DNA of 64,000 nt from Myxococcota bacterium. GTDB taxonomy: Bacteria; Myxococcota_A; UBA9160; SMWR01. Below the pieces are notes generated by a model, which did no database searches, was not told where the DNA came from, and saw only the letters and a list, made by a program, of their open reading frames with translations. This document shows positions 1 through 8,527 of the stretch, piece by piece. The stretch is taken from positions 5,369 to 69,368 of the forward strand of contig JASMKC010000027.1 in the NCBI GenBank assembly GCA_030749415.1, given 5' to 3'. Position 1 is the stretch's first letter. Each line of letters starts with the position of its first letter. The position numbers were made by a program, and so were the translations under genes.

Positions 1-152
1 TGATGGAGCTCGCGTCTACCGAGGTAAAACCGACCGACGGCGAACTCGAGCGCGTCGCGTGGGTGGATATCGACGAGGCCGAGCAGCGGCTTTCCTTCGA
101 TACCGAGCGGCAGGTCCTGGCCCGCGCACGCAAGGAGCTTGCGAAGCAATGA
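1..152 (+). CDS. 3' end of a gene starting upstream of the window (last ~49 codons); NUDIX-hydrolase-like tail, tentative
   Basis: Frame open from the window edge to TGA 150-152 (...ELERVAWVDIDEAEQRLSFDTERQVLARARKELAKQ*). The stop overlaps the next ATG (ATGA 149-152). The family guess rests only on resemblance to NUDIX C-terminal segments. Confidence 0.4.
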   Translation, partial: MELASTEVKPTDGELERVAWVDIDEAEQRLSFDTERQVLARARKELAKQ

Positions 153-997
153 GCGAGATCTACAGCCACTCGCGCCTCTCGAGCTTCGAGGACTGCGCGA
201 AGAAGTTCGAGTACCGCTACGTGCTCAAGCTGAAGCGGGACACGGAATCGATCGAGGGCTTCGTGGGAAAGCAGGTGCACAAGGTGCTCGAACGCCTCTA
301 CGGGTTCGCGGCACAGGGCATGGTGCCTTCGCTCGACAAGGTGATCGGGCGTTTCCGCATCTGGTGGAACGAGCGCTACGACCCGGCGCGCGTGCGTATC
401 GTACGCACCGAGAACGATGCCGATTACTATCGAGAGATCGGCGAGCGCTGCCTCGGAAACTACTACCGCCGCTGCTACCCCTTCGACGGAGACGAGACCC
501 TCGCCACGGAGGAGCACGTCGTCTTTTCCCTGGACGCCGCCGACCGCTACCGCATCCAGGGCTTCATCGACCGGGTCGTGCGCACCCGCGACGGCGCCGT
601 CGAAATCCACGACTACAAGACGTCGGCGCGAGTCCCGCCCCAGAGCCGACTCGACGGCGACCGCCAACTGGCCCTCTACCAGATCGGGCTCACCGAGCGC
701 TTCGGTGCGCAGACACCCATGCGGCTGGTCTGGCACTACCTGGCGCCCAACCAGGTGCGCACGTCGTCGCGCAGCCCCGAACAACTCGACACGCTCCGCA
801 CGGACACGATCGATCTCATCGATCGTGTCCGGGCCACGACGCATTTCGAACCGAAGACCGGTCCACTGTGCCGCTGGTGCGAGTTCGCAGACGTCTGCCC
901 CGCCCAGAACGAGAGTCGAGAGGCCCGAGAAGAGCCGTCCCACGCATTGACCAAAGCGCTGCCCGCGGCGCGCCGCGGGCAGCTTCCGCTGACCTAG
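149..997 (+). CDS. PD-(D/E)XK nuclease, Cas4/RecB-like with a four-Cys (Fe-S type) signature
   Basis: ORF 59..997 trimmed to ATG 149 (MSEIYSHSRLSSFEDC...). Motifs: N-terminal Cys (FEDCAKKF), IDRV...EIHDYK (D..D/ExK), QLALYQ (QxxxY), C-terminal CRWCEFADVC. Confidence 0.8.
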   Translation: MSEIYSHSRLSSFEDCAKKFEYRYVLKLKRDTESIEGFVGKQVHKVLERLYGFAAQGMVPSLDKVIGRFRIWWNERYDPARVRIVRTENDADYYREIGERCLGNYYRRCYPFDGDETLATEEHVVFSLDAADRYRIQGFIDRVVRTRDGAVEIHDYKTSARVPPQSRLDGDRQLALYQIGLTERFGAQTPMRLVWHYLAPNQVRTSSRSPEQLDTLRTDTIDLIDRVRATTHFEPKTGPLCRWCEFADVCPAQNESREAREEPSHALTKALPAARRGQLPLT

Positions 998-1092
998 CGC
1001 GGCAGGGGCAGCTTCCGCTGACCTAGCGCGGCAGGGGCAGCTTCCGCTGACCTAGCGCGGCAGGGGCAGCTTCCGCCGGCCTAGCGCGGCGC
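977..1092. repeat. Tandem direct repeat, 29 bp x4 (gggcagcttccgctgacctagcgcggcag)
   Basis: Copies at 977-1005, 1006-1034 and 1035-1063 are identical; 1064-1092 has 4 mismatches. There are no spacers. The unit contains the last codons and the TAG of the preceding gene. Confidence 0.95.
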
Positions 1093-1129
1093 GCCCGCCG
1101 GGCGCAGGGCCGTGCTAGCCTGCTCCGGC

Positions 1130-1888
1130 ATGGGCCTCCGCATCGAACGCATTCCGACACTCGGCGACAACTACACCTATCTCATCGTCTGCGAAGACAC
1201 CGGCGAAGCGGGCGTCGTCGACGCGCCCGAAGAACAGCCGGTCCATGACCGCGTCGATGCCGCCGGCGCAAAGGTGGTGAAGGTGCTGTCGACCCACCAC
1301 CACCCCGACCACTCCATGGCGAACCCGAAGCTCGCCGAACGCTACTCGGTGCCGGTCTTCGGCCACGCCTCGGACGGCGGACGCCTGCCCGGCCTCACCG
1401 ACGGACTGGAAGAAGGCGACACGGTGAGCGTCGGCAACCAGACGGCACGCATTCTCTTCATCCCGGCGCACACGAAGGGCGATATCGCCTACGTCTTCGA
1501 CGACGCCAAGGCGATATTCTGCGGCGATACGCTCTTCGCAGCGGGCTGCGGGCGGATTTTCGAAGGCACACCCGAGATGATGTACACCGCGCTCGTCGAA
1601 AAGCTGGGAACGTTGCCCGACGACTACCGGGTCTTCTGCGGCCACGAGTACACCGAGAGCAACGTCGCCTTCGCCGCCCACACCGAGCCTGACAATGCCG
1701 CCGTGCGCAAAATGCACCGGCGCGTGCAGGAGATCCGCAAGAACGCGGCCGCCGACTGGCACGACGCCACGCCGACGGAGATGACGATCCCCACCACGAT
1801 CGGCGATGAACGCGCAACCAACCCGTTCATGCGCGCGAAGGACGCCGCGGCGCTGGGCCAGATCCGCGCCGAGAAGGATTCGTTCTAG
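1130..1888 (+). CDS. gloB: Hydroxyacylglutathione hydrolase (glyoxalase II), MBL fold
   Basis: MGLRIERIPTLGDNYTYLIV..., THHHPDH metal motif, GDTLF, CGHEYT, NPFMR. ORF 1112..1888 trimmed to ATG 1130 by homologue-like N-terminus. Confidence 0.9.
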   Translation: MGLRIERIPTLGDNYTYLIVCEDTGEAGVVDAPEEQPVHDRVDAAGAKVVKVLSTHHHPDHSMANPKLAERYSVPVFGHASDGGRLPGLTDGLEEGDTVSVGNQTARILFIPAHTKGDIAYVFDDAKAIFCGDTLFAAGCGRIFEGTPEMMYTALVEKLGTLPDDYRVFCGHEYTESNVAFAAHTEPDNAAVRKMHRRVQEIRKNAAADWHDATPTEMTIPTTIGDERATNPFMRAKDAAALGQIRAEKDSF

Positions 1889-2343
1889 CGAACCGCGACC
1901 CGGACTGCATTGCGCACCCGGCCCCCGACGAGCCCCCGGGACCAGCCCGTCACCCGCTGAATGGCGGCCAGTGCATCGCCCTTACCGGACCAGTGCGAAC
2001 GCACGATGTCCGGGTGCACGTCGTTCAGGATGCGCGAGAGCGCTGCCGTCACGACCAGCGCGTCGTCGAGCCAGCCGAGCGGGCCGAAGATCAGCGCCGG
2101 CATCAGGTCGAGAGGCGAGAGCACGTAACCCACGCCGAGAAGTGCGATGAACTTCGAGCCCAGCGGCACCCGGCGGTCGCGCAGCAGCCGGGTCAAGAGC
2201 ACCGTGAGGTCCGGGAAGAGCAGCAATACGTCGCCGACCCCGGAACGGCCGGCCGGCTGGACGTCGGCGAGCGACGCCCGCACCCGGTCGTAGAGCCGGC
2301 GCTCCCGCGGGTTGAGATCGATGGTGACCACGTCTTCCTTCAC
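1885..2343 (-). CDS. DUF1232 (YkvA-like) small membrane protein
   Basis: C-terminal part of ORF 1885..2775. Motif YVLSPLDLMPALIFGPLGWLDDALVV. GTG 2343 lies 1 nt after the NUDIX stop. The start is uncertain (alternative ATG 2394 would overlap NUDIX by 50 nt). Confidence 0.7.
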   Translation of the reverse strand: MKEDVVTIDLNPRERRLYDRVRASLADVQPAGRSGVGDVLLLFPDLTVLLTRLLRDRRVPLGSKFIALLGVGYVLSPLDLMPALIFGPLGWLDDALVVTAALSRILNDVHPDIVRSHWSGKGDALAAIQRVTGWSRGLVGGRVRNAVRVAVR

Positions 2344-2344
2344 G

Positions 2345-2833
2345 TCACACCGCCTCGCCTTCGATTTCAAGCGCGAGCCTCCCGCCCCCTCCATCGTACC
2401 GCTCGGTGGCGAAGAACACCTCCCGGGTCGCGAGCAGGCGCGGCAGCAGCGCCGGCAGGTCGCCCACGAGCGCGAGTTCGCCGAGCTTCGCAATCGGCTG
2501 CCACATGAGTTCGACGCCGGGCTCGGGCGACAGCACCCGGTGCTCGGCGCTCGCGACGAAACAAAAGAGCAGGTGCGCGTGGCCCACGAGCCCAGTCTCG
2601 TGCACCACGGCCCGCAGCGCGAGATCGGCGACGTCGAGCCCCGTCTCCTCCCGCAGTTCGCGCCGCGCTGCAGCGCGCACGTCTTCGCCCGGCTCCACGT
2701 GGCCGCCGATCCCGTTCCACAGACCCGCGAAGCGATCGCTGCCCGCCGGGCGACGTTCGAGCAGCACATCGCCACCGGCGACGATGAAGGCCACGGTCAC
2801 CGGCCTCGCGGCGTGGCGCCGGCGCGTGCTCAC
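2345..2833 (-). CDS. NUDIX hydrolase
   Basis: Nudix box GGHVEPGEDVRAAARRELREETGL. GTG 2833 overlaps the upstream stop (GTGA). Confidence 0.85.
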   Translation of the reverse strand: MSTRRRHAARPVTVAFIVAGGDVLLERRPAGSDRFAGLWNGIGGHVEPGEDVRAAARRELREETGLDVADLALRAVVHETGLVGHAHLLFCFVASAEHRVLSPEPGVELMWQPIAKLGELALVGDLPALLPRLLATREVFFATERYDGGGGRLALEIEGEAV

Positions 2834-4269
2834 GGCGGCGCACTCGGCGAGGAAACTTCGGGCAGTTCGAGAACACCGACCAGCGCGCGTCCCTTGCCCC
2901 CCGCAAGAGACAGGCCGAGAAGCTCCGCAGCGGTGGGCGCCACGTCGCTCTGGCGCATCTCGGACACGCGCACACCCCTTCGCAAGCCCGCACCCCAGCC
3001 GACGAAGCCCGTCGCCATGCCGGGAGCATCCGGCAGGTAGCCCCATGCCCCCCGCACCGGGGCGGGCCGCAGCAGCGGACCCTGCGCATCGTCCGTGAAG
3101 ACGAAGCCGGGCTTCGCCGCCAGGCCGAACCAGGCGGCGGGGTCCGCGCCTAATTGCGACATCTCGTCGGCGCTCACGACCCGGAAAGCCCCCGTCTCTT
3201 CCGCCGCCTGCGACAGGACGCGACGTGCCAGCAGGGCATCATCGGTGCCCTGGGCGTAGACGAAGGCGGAGCCCCCGTTCGAGCGGGCGATCGCCGCCCA
3301 GCTCACGAGAGCCACCCTGCCCTCCTCGGGTGTCAATAGCCCCGCCCGCGCGAGCACTGCGTTGGGAACCACCGCCGTATGCACCTCGAGCGCTCCGTGA
3401 TCTCCCGTCACTACGAGCGCCGTCGTCTCGAGGCGTCCGGCGTCGCGCAGGCAGCCGACCAGGCGCGAGAGCTGGCGATCGACGGCCGCGAAGGCCGCCT
3501 CGACCTCGGGCCGATCTGGCCCGTACCGGGCGAGGACCCCGGTCGGGCCGCTCAGCGACAACAACAACAGCTGCGGCGGCGCGGGAGCAGCGAGCACCCG
3601 GCACGCGACGCCGACGAGCACGGCGTCTCGCGCCGGACCTGGCCGTCGCACGGCCGCCGACGTGCCCCCCTCCACGATCGCGGCGGCGAGAAGATCCGGC
3701 GTCGCAGAGCCCTGCAACCCCGCCACCCAGGACTCATCCCCGCTCGACGGCTCGAGATCGGGCAGCGTCTGGGCGATCTCGGCACCCACGGTCGTGGGCC
3801 AGCCGAGAGAGGTCACACGCAGCCCGGCCTCGGCGGCGACCTGCCAGAGCACGGGCGAGCGAAGCTGGCTCGCGTGAGAGTAGAGCGATCGGCGAACGCC
3901 GCCTTCGCCGAGCAACCGGTCCGCCACGATGCCGTGTTCTCCCGGCACCCGGCCCGTCAGCAACGTGGCGTGGGCGGGATAGCGCGACGCCGGAACCGCG
4001 GGCTGCACGGCGTCGGCCGACACGCCGGTGGCGGCCAGCGCCGCCAGAGTGGGCATTGGCGCCCTGGCGCCGGCAGTGGCGCGGTAGGCCGCAGGCGAGA
4101 GTCCGGCCACGGAAATGAGGATGAGCCGCTCCGGGGACGACGCGAGTTCGAGCTTCGCGGTCTCGATCACCGCCGCGGTGGGACCCGGGCCCCGATCGCC
4201 CGCGCAAGCGAAAGCCTGCAGGAGCGCGAGGCCCGCAATGCCGCACCGGATGCCGCAGGGCGAAGTCAC
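2830..4269 (-). CDS. Alkaline-phosphatase-superfamily protein (type I phosphodiesterase/nucleotide pyrophosphatase-like), secreted or lipoprotein
   Basis: C-terminal 479 codons of ORF 2830..5289. YPAHATLLTGRVPGEHGIV and VVTGDHG motifs. N-terminal signal MTSPCGIRCGIAGLALLQAFAC. GTG 4269 overlaps the upstream TAG by 1 nt. Confidence 0.75.
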   Translation of the reverse strand: MTSPCGIRCGIAGLALLQAFACAGDRGPGPTAAVIETAKLELASSPERLILISVAGLSPAAYRATAGARAPMPTLAALAATGVSADAVQPAVPASRYPAHATLLTGRVPGEHGIVADRLLGEGGVRRSLYSHASQLRSPVLWQVAAEAGLRVTSLGWPTTVGAEIAQTLPDLEPSSGDESWVAGLQGSATPDLLAAAIVEGGTSAAVRRPGPARDAVLVGVACRVLAAPAPPQLLLLSLSGPTGVLARYGPDRPEVEAAFAAVDRQLSRLVGCLRDAGRLETTALVVTGDHGALEVHTAVVPNAVLARAGLLTPEEGRVALVSWAAIARSNGGSAFVYAQGTDDALLARRVLSQAAEETGAFRVVSADEMSQLGADPAAWFGLAAKPGFVFTDDAQGPLLRPAPVRGAWGYLPDAPGMATGFVGWGAGLRRGVRVSEMRQSDVAPTAAELLGLSLAGGKGRALVGVLELPEVSSPSAPP

Positions 4270-5156
4270 TAACGGAAGACCCCGTCCCTGCCATCGAGGC
4301 CGCGCTCGAGAAGCGCCTCCACGGCCGCCTTCACCCGCTCGACCTTCTCCTCGATTCCGGTGTCTTCGTCGTTCGCATCGCCCGTGAAGTGCAGGGGCTC
4401 GCCGAAGACGATGTGGTAGCGGGCCGGCAGCGGGATCACACCGAGTGGACCCAGCCACGGGAAGGTGAGCGTCACCGGCAACGCCGGAAGACCGAAGCGC
4501 CGGGCGAGTCCATCGAGATTCGCCAGACCCGGGGCCTGCTCCTCGGAGCCCACGATCCCCACCGGAACGATCGGCGTATTCGTCTGAAGAGCGAGGCGCA
4601 TGAAACCGAGACCGAAGCGCTGCAACTCGTAGCGATGCGGCCAGGTCTTGCTGATCCCCCGCACGCCCTCGGGAAAGACCATCACACACTCGTCGCTGTC
4701 CAGCATGTGGGCGCAATTCGTCGGCGTTCCCACCATCGCGCCACCGCGCGACGCCAACACGCTGAAAAACGGGAGCCTGGGAATGAAGTACTCGCCCATG
4801 CCCCGCGCGATGCGCGGCGGGTCCGCCTCCAGCAACATCGCCGTGGCGAGCATCGCTGCGTCGAAGGGCAGCTGCCCGGCATGGTTCGCCACCAGCAACA
4901 CGCGCCCGGCCGGCAGCCGGTCGATATCGTAGACCCGGCAGCGGAACCAGTAGCGGTAGAGAAGCACCACCGGCAGCACCGAATGTTGCAGCCATTCGGG
5001 CGACAGGCCGTACGGGTCGTAGCCGAACTCGTTGAAGCGATTCGGCAGCTTTGCCAGCCGGTCTTCGATCTGGCTCTGCAACTCCCGCATCGAGAGCGGC
5101 AGGAGACCGCTCACGAGGTCGCCGAGAGCCCGGGACACGCCGCCTTCCACCGCCAC
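4269..5156 (-). CDS. PlsC-family (lysophospholipid) acyltransferase
   Basis: C-terminal part of ORF 4269..6782. NHAGQLPFD (variant H..D block) and VMVFPEGVRG block. GTG 5156 lies 2 nt after the SDR stop; alternative start ATG 5090. Confidence 0.75.
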   Translation of the reverse strand: MAVEGGVSRALGDLVSGLLPLSMRELQSQIEDRLAKLPNRFNEFGYDPYGLSPEWLQHSVLPVVLLYRYWFRCRVYDIDRLPAGRVLLVANHAGQLPFDAAMLATAMLLEADPPRIARGMGEYFIPRLPFFSVLASRGGAMVGTPTNCAHMLDSDECVMVFPEGVRGISKTWPHRYELQRFGLGFMRLALQTNTPIVPVGIVGSEEQAPGLANLDGLARRFGLPALPVTLTFPWLGPLGVIPLPARYHIVFGEPLHFTGDANDEDTGIEEKVERVKAAVEALLERGLDGRDGVFR

Positions 5157-5158
5157 GG

Positions 5159-6076
5159 CTAGGCCGCCAGACTCTGGAAGATCTCTTCGAGTCCGAAGAG
5201 CGGCCGGAAGTTCGTGGCTTCCACGAACCGCTCGCCCGAGAGAGTGATCGGAAACTTGAGATAGTCGATGGCAGCCGGAGGATAGGCAATCGCTCCCATC
5301 GCGAAGAGCCGCGCGAAGAGGGGACGCATGACGAATTCGGGCAACGACAGCGCCTGGCCGCCGATCTCCTGGATGGCGGTGTGCAGCGGCACTTCGCCGG
5401 GGCCGACGACGTTGAAGACCCCCTGCAGCCCGTGCTCGAGAGCCAGCGCGATCGCCTCGCTCACGTCCTCTTCGTGGATGAATTGCAGCATGGGATCGAA
5501 ACCCATCACCGTGGGAATCCGGTGCTGCCGAAAGTACTGCGCGATCAGCGAGTGGACGCTGCGGCCCAGCGTGTTGACGGGGCGCAGCACACAGGTGCGA
5601 ATGTGCGGATACCGCCACAGAAAGGCGGATGCCAACGCGTCCATCTCCACCAGGTCGCGGATTGCCGCGTAGGAACGGCTCGCCGAGAGCGGCGAATCCT
5701 CGTCCATGTTGTAGGGGTTTTCCGGAAAGGCGCCGTAGACGTAGCCGCTCGAGACGACCACGAGCTTCTGGACGCCGTGGTGGATGCAGTGATCGAGGAG
5801 TTGCTGTGTGCCCCGGACGTTCACGTCGTGCCGCGTGCGCGCGCCCGAGTGGAAGTGGCGCACCATCCCCAGGTGCACGATCGCCGTGGGCATCGCGGTT
5901 CGGATCACGTCCTCGAACTTCCTCTTGCGCAGGTCTACCCGGTAGAATTCGATTCCCCGAGGGGCAGCTTCCCAGTCCTGGATGTCCACCCCGCAAACCT
6001 CGTAACTCTCGAGCAGACGCCGGGCCAGGAGCCTTCCATGGCCTCCGGAAATTCCGGTAATTAGAATCTTTTCCAC
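5159..6076 (-). CDS. NAD-dependent epimerase/dehydratase family protein (extended SDR)
   Basis: (V/M)EKILITGISGGHGRLLARRL Rossmann N-terminus and SSGYVYG...YAAIR pattern. GTG start at 6076. Confidence 0.85.
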   Translation of the reverse strand: MEKILITGISGGHGRLLARRLLESYEVCGVDIQDWEAAPRGIEFYRVDLRKRKFEDVIRTAMPTAIVHLGMVRHFHSGARTRHDVNVRGTQQLLDHCIHHGVQKLVVVSSGYVYGAFPENPYNMDEDSPLSASRSYAAIRDLVEMDALASAFLWRYPHIRTCVLRPVNTLGRSVHSLIAQYFRQHRIPTVMGFDPMLQFIHEEDVSEAIALALEHGLQGVFNVVGPGEVPLHTAIQEIGGQALSLPEFVMRPLFARLFAMGAIAYPPAAIDYLKFPITLSGERFVEATNFRPLFGLEEIFQSLAA

Positions 6077-6167
6077 AAAGACTCCACATACTTACGGTAC
6101 TTTTGCACCAGGTGCCGCGGCGGGATCGCGCAACTCCTGTGATAGGATAGCGCCCCCAGAGGGACAC

Positions 6168-6884
6168 GTGGTCGAGCCTTCCGCACGCTTCGAACAACTC
6201 AAGATCCCCCTCCCGGAGCCGGCCCACGGACTCGCGGAGGTTTCGGGGGTGCTTGGCATTCCGCGCTGGTGGCCCACCGGGGCCCGAGTCGGAGTGGTGC
6301 TCGCCCACGGGGCCGGAGCCGACCAGGACGACTTCGCCATCGAGGCGCTCCACCGCGAACTCACCGAGCGCCGCTACCTGTGCCTGCGCTTCAACTTCCC
6401 CTGGGCCGAGGCGGGCCGGCGGCGGCCGGACCCTCCGGTGGTGCTCCGGCGCACGCTGCGCGCCGCCATCGGGGCGCTGACCCGCGACCCGATGGCCCAG
6501 CCGGCCCACCTCTTCCTGATCGGGCGGGGACTCGGAGCCGAAGCGGCGGCAGACCTCTCGGTGTCGCGCCTGCGCGCCGACGGGCTCATCATGCTGGGCT
6601 ATCCGCAGAAAACACCGAACGAGAACGGGGCGGCGGACGTGGACCCCCTCTACCGGGTCGTCGCCCCGATGCTCTTCCTCACCGGGACGCGGGATCGCTA
6701 CTGCAACTCGGACACGCTGCGCAGGACGCTGGCCCGAATCGGCGCGCCCACCGAACTCCACCTGGTGGAGAATGCGGACCACCGCTTCCGAGTGCTGAAG
6801 AAATCCGGCCGCACCCCGGAGGACATCTCCCAGGAGATGCTCGGCGTGGTCGACGGCTGGATCGAGAAGGTGCTCGGCGACTGA
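6168..6884 (+). CDS. Alpha/beta-fold protein, KANL3/Tex30-like family; nucleophile Ser apparently absent
   Basis: VVLAHGAGADQD, FNFPW, PMLFLTGTRD, ENADHRF. The expected GxSxG elbow reads GRGLG. GTG start. Confidence 0.65.
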   Translation: MVEPSARFEQLKIPLPEPAHGLAEVSGVLGIPRWWPTGARVGVVLAHGAGADQDDFAIEALHRELTERRYLCLRFNFPWAEAGRRRPDPPVVLRRTLRAAIGALTRDPMAQPAHLFLIGRGLGAEAAADLSVSRLRADGLIMLGYPQKTPNENGAADVDPLYRVVAPMLFLTGTRDRYCNSDTLRRTLARIGAPTELHLVENADHRFRVLKKSGRTPEDISQEMLGVVDGWIEKVLGD

Positions 6885-6940
6885 CGTCGCGACGCGCCCT
6901 GCGATCCGGGATCCGAGATTTCGGTTATCGTAATGCGCCC

Positions 6941-7639
6941 ATGACCGACCCGGGCGACGTCTATTTCCAGCAGGTTCCGGTAGGCGAGATGGCGAACCTC
7001 GCCTATCTGGTCGGCAGCCGCTCGGCCCGGCAGTGTCTGATCGTCGATCCGGCCTGGGCCGTCGACCCGCTCCTCGACCGGGCCGAAGCGGACGATATGG
7101 AGGTCGTGGGCGCGCTCGTCACCCACTACCACCAGGACCACATCGGGGGCTCGCTTTTCGGTTTGGATATCGAGGGCGTGTCCCGGCTGCTCGAGCGCAA
7201 GCCCGTGCCGATCCACGTGAACAACACCGAGGCCGACGGCACCCGGAAGGTGACGGGGGCATCGGAATCGGACCTGGTGCGCCACGACGCCGGCGACGAG
7301 CTCGTGATCGGAGAGGTCAAGGTGCGCATGATCCACACGCCGGGTCATACGCCGGGCTCCCAGTGCTTCCTGGTCGAAGAGGCGGGAGCCCCCGCGCGAC
7401 TGGTCGCGGGCGACACGCTCTTCCTCAACGCCTGCGGCCGGGTGGACCTGCCCGGGTCGAACCCCGAGGACATGTACCACTCGCTCAACCACACACTGAA
7501 GTCCCTGCCCGACGAGACGCTCGTCTACCCCGGACACATGTACGGCGACCCGAGCGACACGCTCGGCGCGCAGAAGCGCACGAACCCGTTCCTGCGTGTC
7601 ACGAGCCTCGAACAATTCCTCCAGTTCATGGGCGTCTAG
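6941..7639 (+). CDS. MBL-fold metallo-hydrolase
   Basis: ORF 6269..7639 trimmed to ATG 6941 (MTDPGDVYFQQVPVG...). THYHQDH, HTPGHTPGS, GDTLF, PGH motifs. Confidence 0.85.
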   Translation: MTDPGDVYFQQVPVGEMANLAYLVGSRSARQCLIVDPAWAVDPLLDRAEADDMEVVGALVTHYHQDHIGGSLFGLDIEGVSRLLERKPVPIHVNNTEADGTRKVTGASESDLVRHDAGDELVIGEVKVRMIHTPGHTPGSQCFLVEEAGAPARLVAGDTLFLNACGRVDLPGSNPEDMYHSLNHTLKSLPDETLVYPGHMYGDPSDTLGAQKRTNPFLRVTSLEQFLQFMGV

Positions 7640-7839
7640 GACTTCCTGCCCCGGGCGGCGAGAGAAACGGGACCGGGGCTCGAGAAGCCCGGCGCGCGCG
7701 CCTGGGCGATGGCGGTTTCGGCAGCGACGACGCCGGCGGCCGCGCAGCTCACCGTTTTCGGTCAGCTCGCAGTGGAAGCGCGTGTCCACGTCGAGCGAGA
7801 CAACCGCCCTCCCGGCCCGACCCGAGAGCAGACCCGGAC

Positions 7840-8355
7840 CTAGGCGTCGGGATCCCCCACCCGGATCTCGCCCTTCAGCTCCCGGACGGCGTCGTCGGGC
7901 TTGATGCGAATGGGGCGCACCACTCTGTACCGATAGCGGCCCGGCCTGAGCTCGCAGAAGCTTGCGAACTCCCCGGCGCTGATCGGCTCCGAGCGAAGCT
8001 CGTCGCCGGCGAACGAAAAATTGACGAGGCTGTGGCACCGCATGTCGCGCGCCACCTCGCCGGGGAAGACGACGATCGATTCGGCGCCCGAGTAGCTGAT
8101 CCACGCGACCAACTGGCCCTCGTCGAGCGTGACGACGTCCGGGTTGAGCGCATCGTCGGTGATCAACACGACTCGGTGGCTGGTCACGGGGACGTCGGAC
8201 AAAAGCTTGGGAAGACCCTCAGCCCCTTGCGTGTGTTCGGGAATGCCGGAGATCTCGGTGTCGGGCGGAGCCTGCGGCGGGTTCTCCTCCGCCGCCAGGG
8301 GCGCCGCGATCAACGAGACCGCCAAGAGGACGAGCCGAAATACGGTGCGTTGCAA
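7840..8355 (-). CDS. Hypothetical exported protein (signal peptide; possibly cupredoxin-like beta-sandwich)
   Basis: MQRTVFRLVLLAVSLIAAPLAAEE signal and good GC3. No recognisable catalytic or copper-ligand motif. Confidence 0.6.
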   Translation of the reverse strand: MQRTVFRLVLLAVSLIAAPLAAEENPPQAPPDTEISGIPEHTQGAEGLPKLLSDVPVTSHRVVLITDDALNPDVVTLDEGQLVAWISYSGAESIVVFPGEVARDMRCHSLVNFSFAGDELRSEPISAGEFASFCELRPGRYRYRVVRPIRIKPDDAVRELKGEIRVGDPDA

Positions 8356-8475
8356 TGGGGGCGCCTCCTGCGACGGTTATACCAGAGATGCCGCCCCAGG
8401 GGGGCAACACCCCAAGCCTCCGGTTCCTTTCATTGAAAACGCCCCCCCCGTCGGGTAGGCTCCGCGCGCTCGCGC

Positions 8476-8496
8476 ACCCCCGGGCCTCCCGGGGGT
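8476..8496 (+). promoter_or_regulatory. Perfect 9-bp-stem hairpin in the etfB leader (ACCCCCGGG-cct-CCCGGGGGT)
   Basis: Seen directly. It sits 31 nt upstream of the etfB ATG and 12 nt upstream of the AGGAGG SD. Function unknown. Confidence 0.25.
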
Positions 8497-8527
8497 CTTC
8501 ACATTCAGCAGGAGGCCCGCACCCCCC

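Noticed and set aside
149-997. The Cas4-like nuclease taken as evidence of a CRISPR-Cas locus.
   Set aside because: No array or other cas genes are present in the window. Stand-alone Cas4/RecB-like nucleases are common outside CRISPR contexts.
977-1092. The 29-bp repeat array considered as a CRISPR array.
   Set aside because: The repeats are directly abutting with no spacers, there are only four copies, and there are no cas genes. It is a plain tandem repeat.
2830-6782. The 819-aa and 837-aa ORFs in the track, read as single giant proteins.
   Set aside because: Only the C-terminal parts have family motifs and good codon bias. The N-terminal parts overlap the upstream genes in another frame. 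Coupled GTG starts at 4269 and 5156 give sensible domain-sized proteins.
7709-7843. A 44-codon plus-strand ORF (MAVSAATTPAAAQLTVFGQLAVEARVHVERDNRPPGPTREQTRT) in the 200-nt gap after the MBL gene.
   Set aside because: It has only moderate GC3 (about 74% by my count), no SD and no recognisable motif, and its end overlaps the convergent gene's stop. The evidence is insufficient to call.
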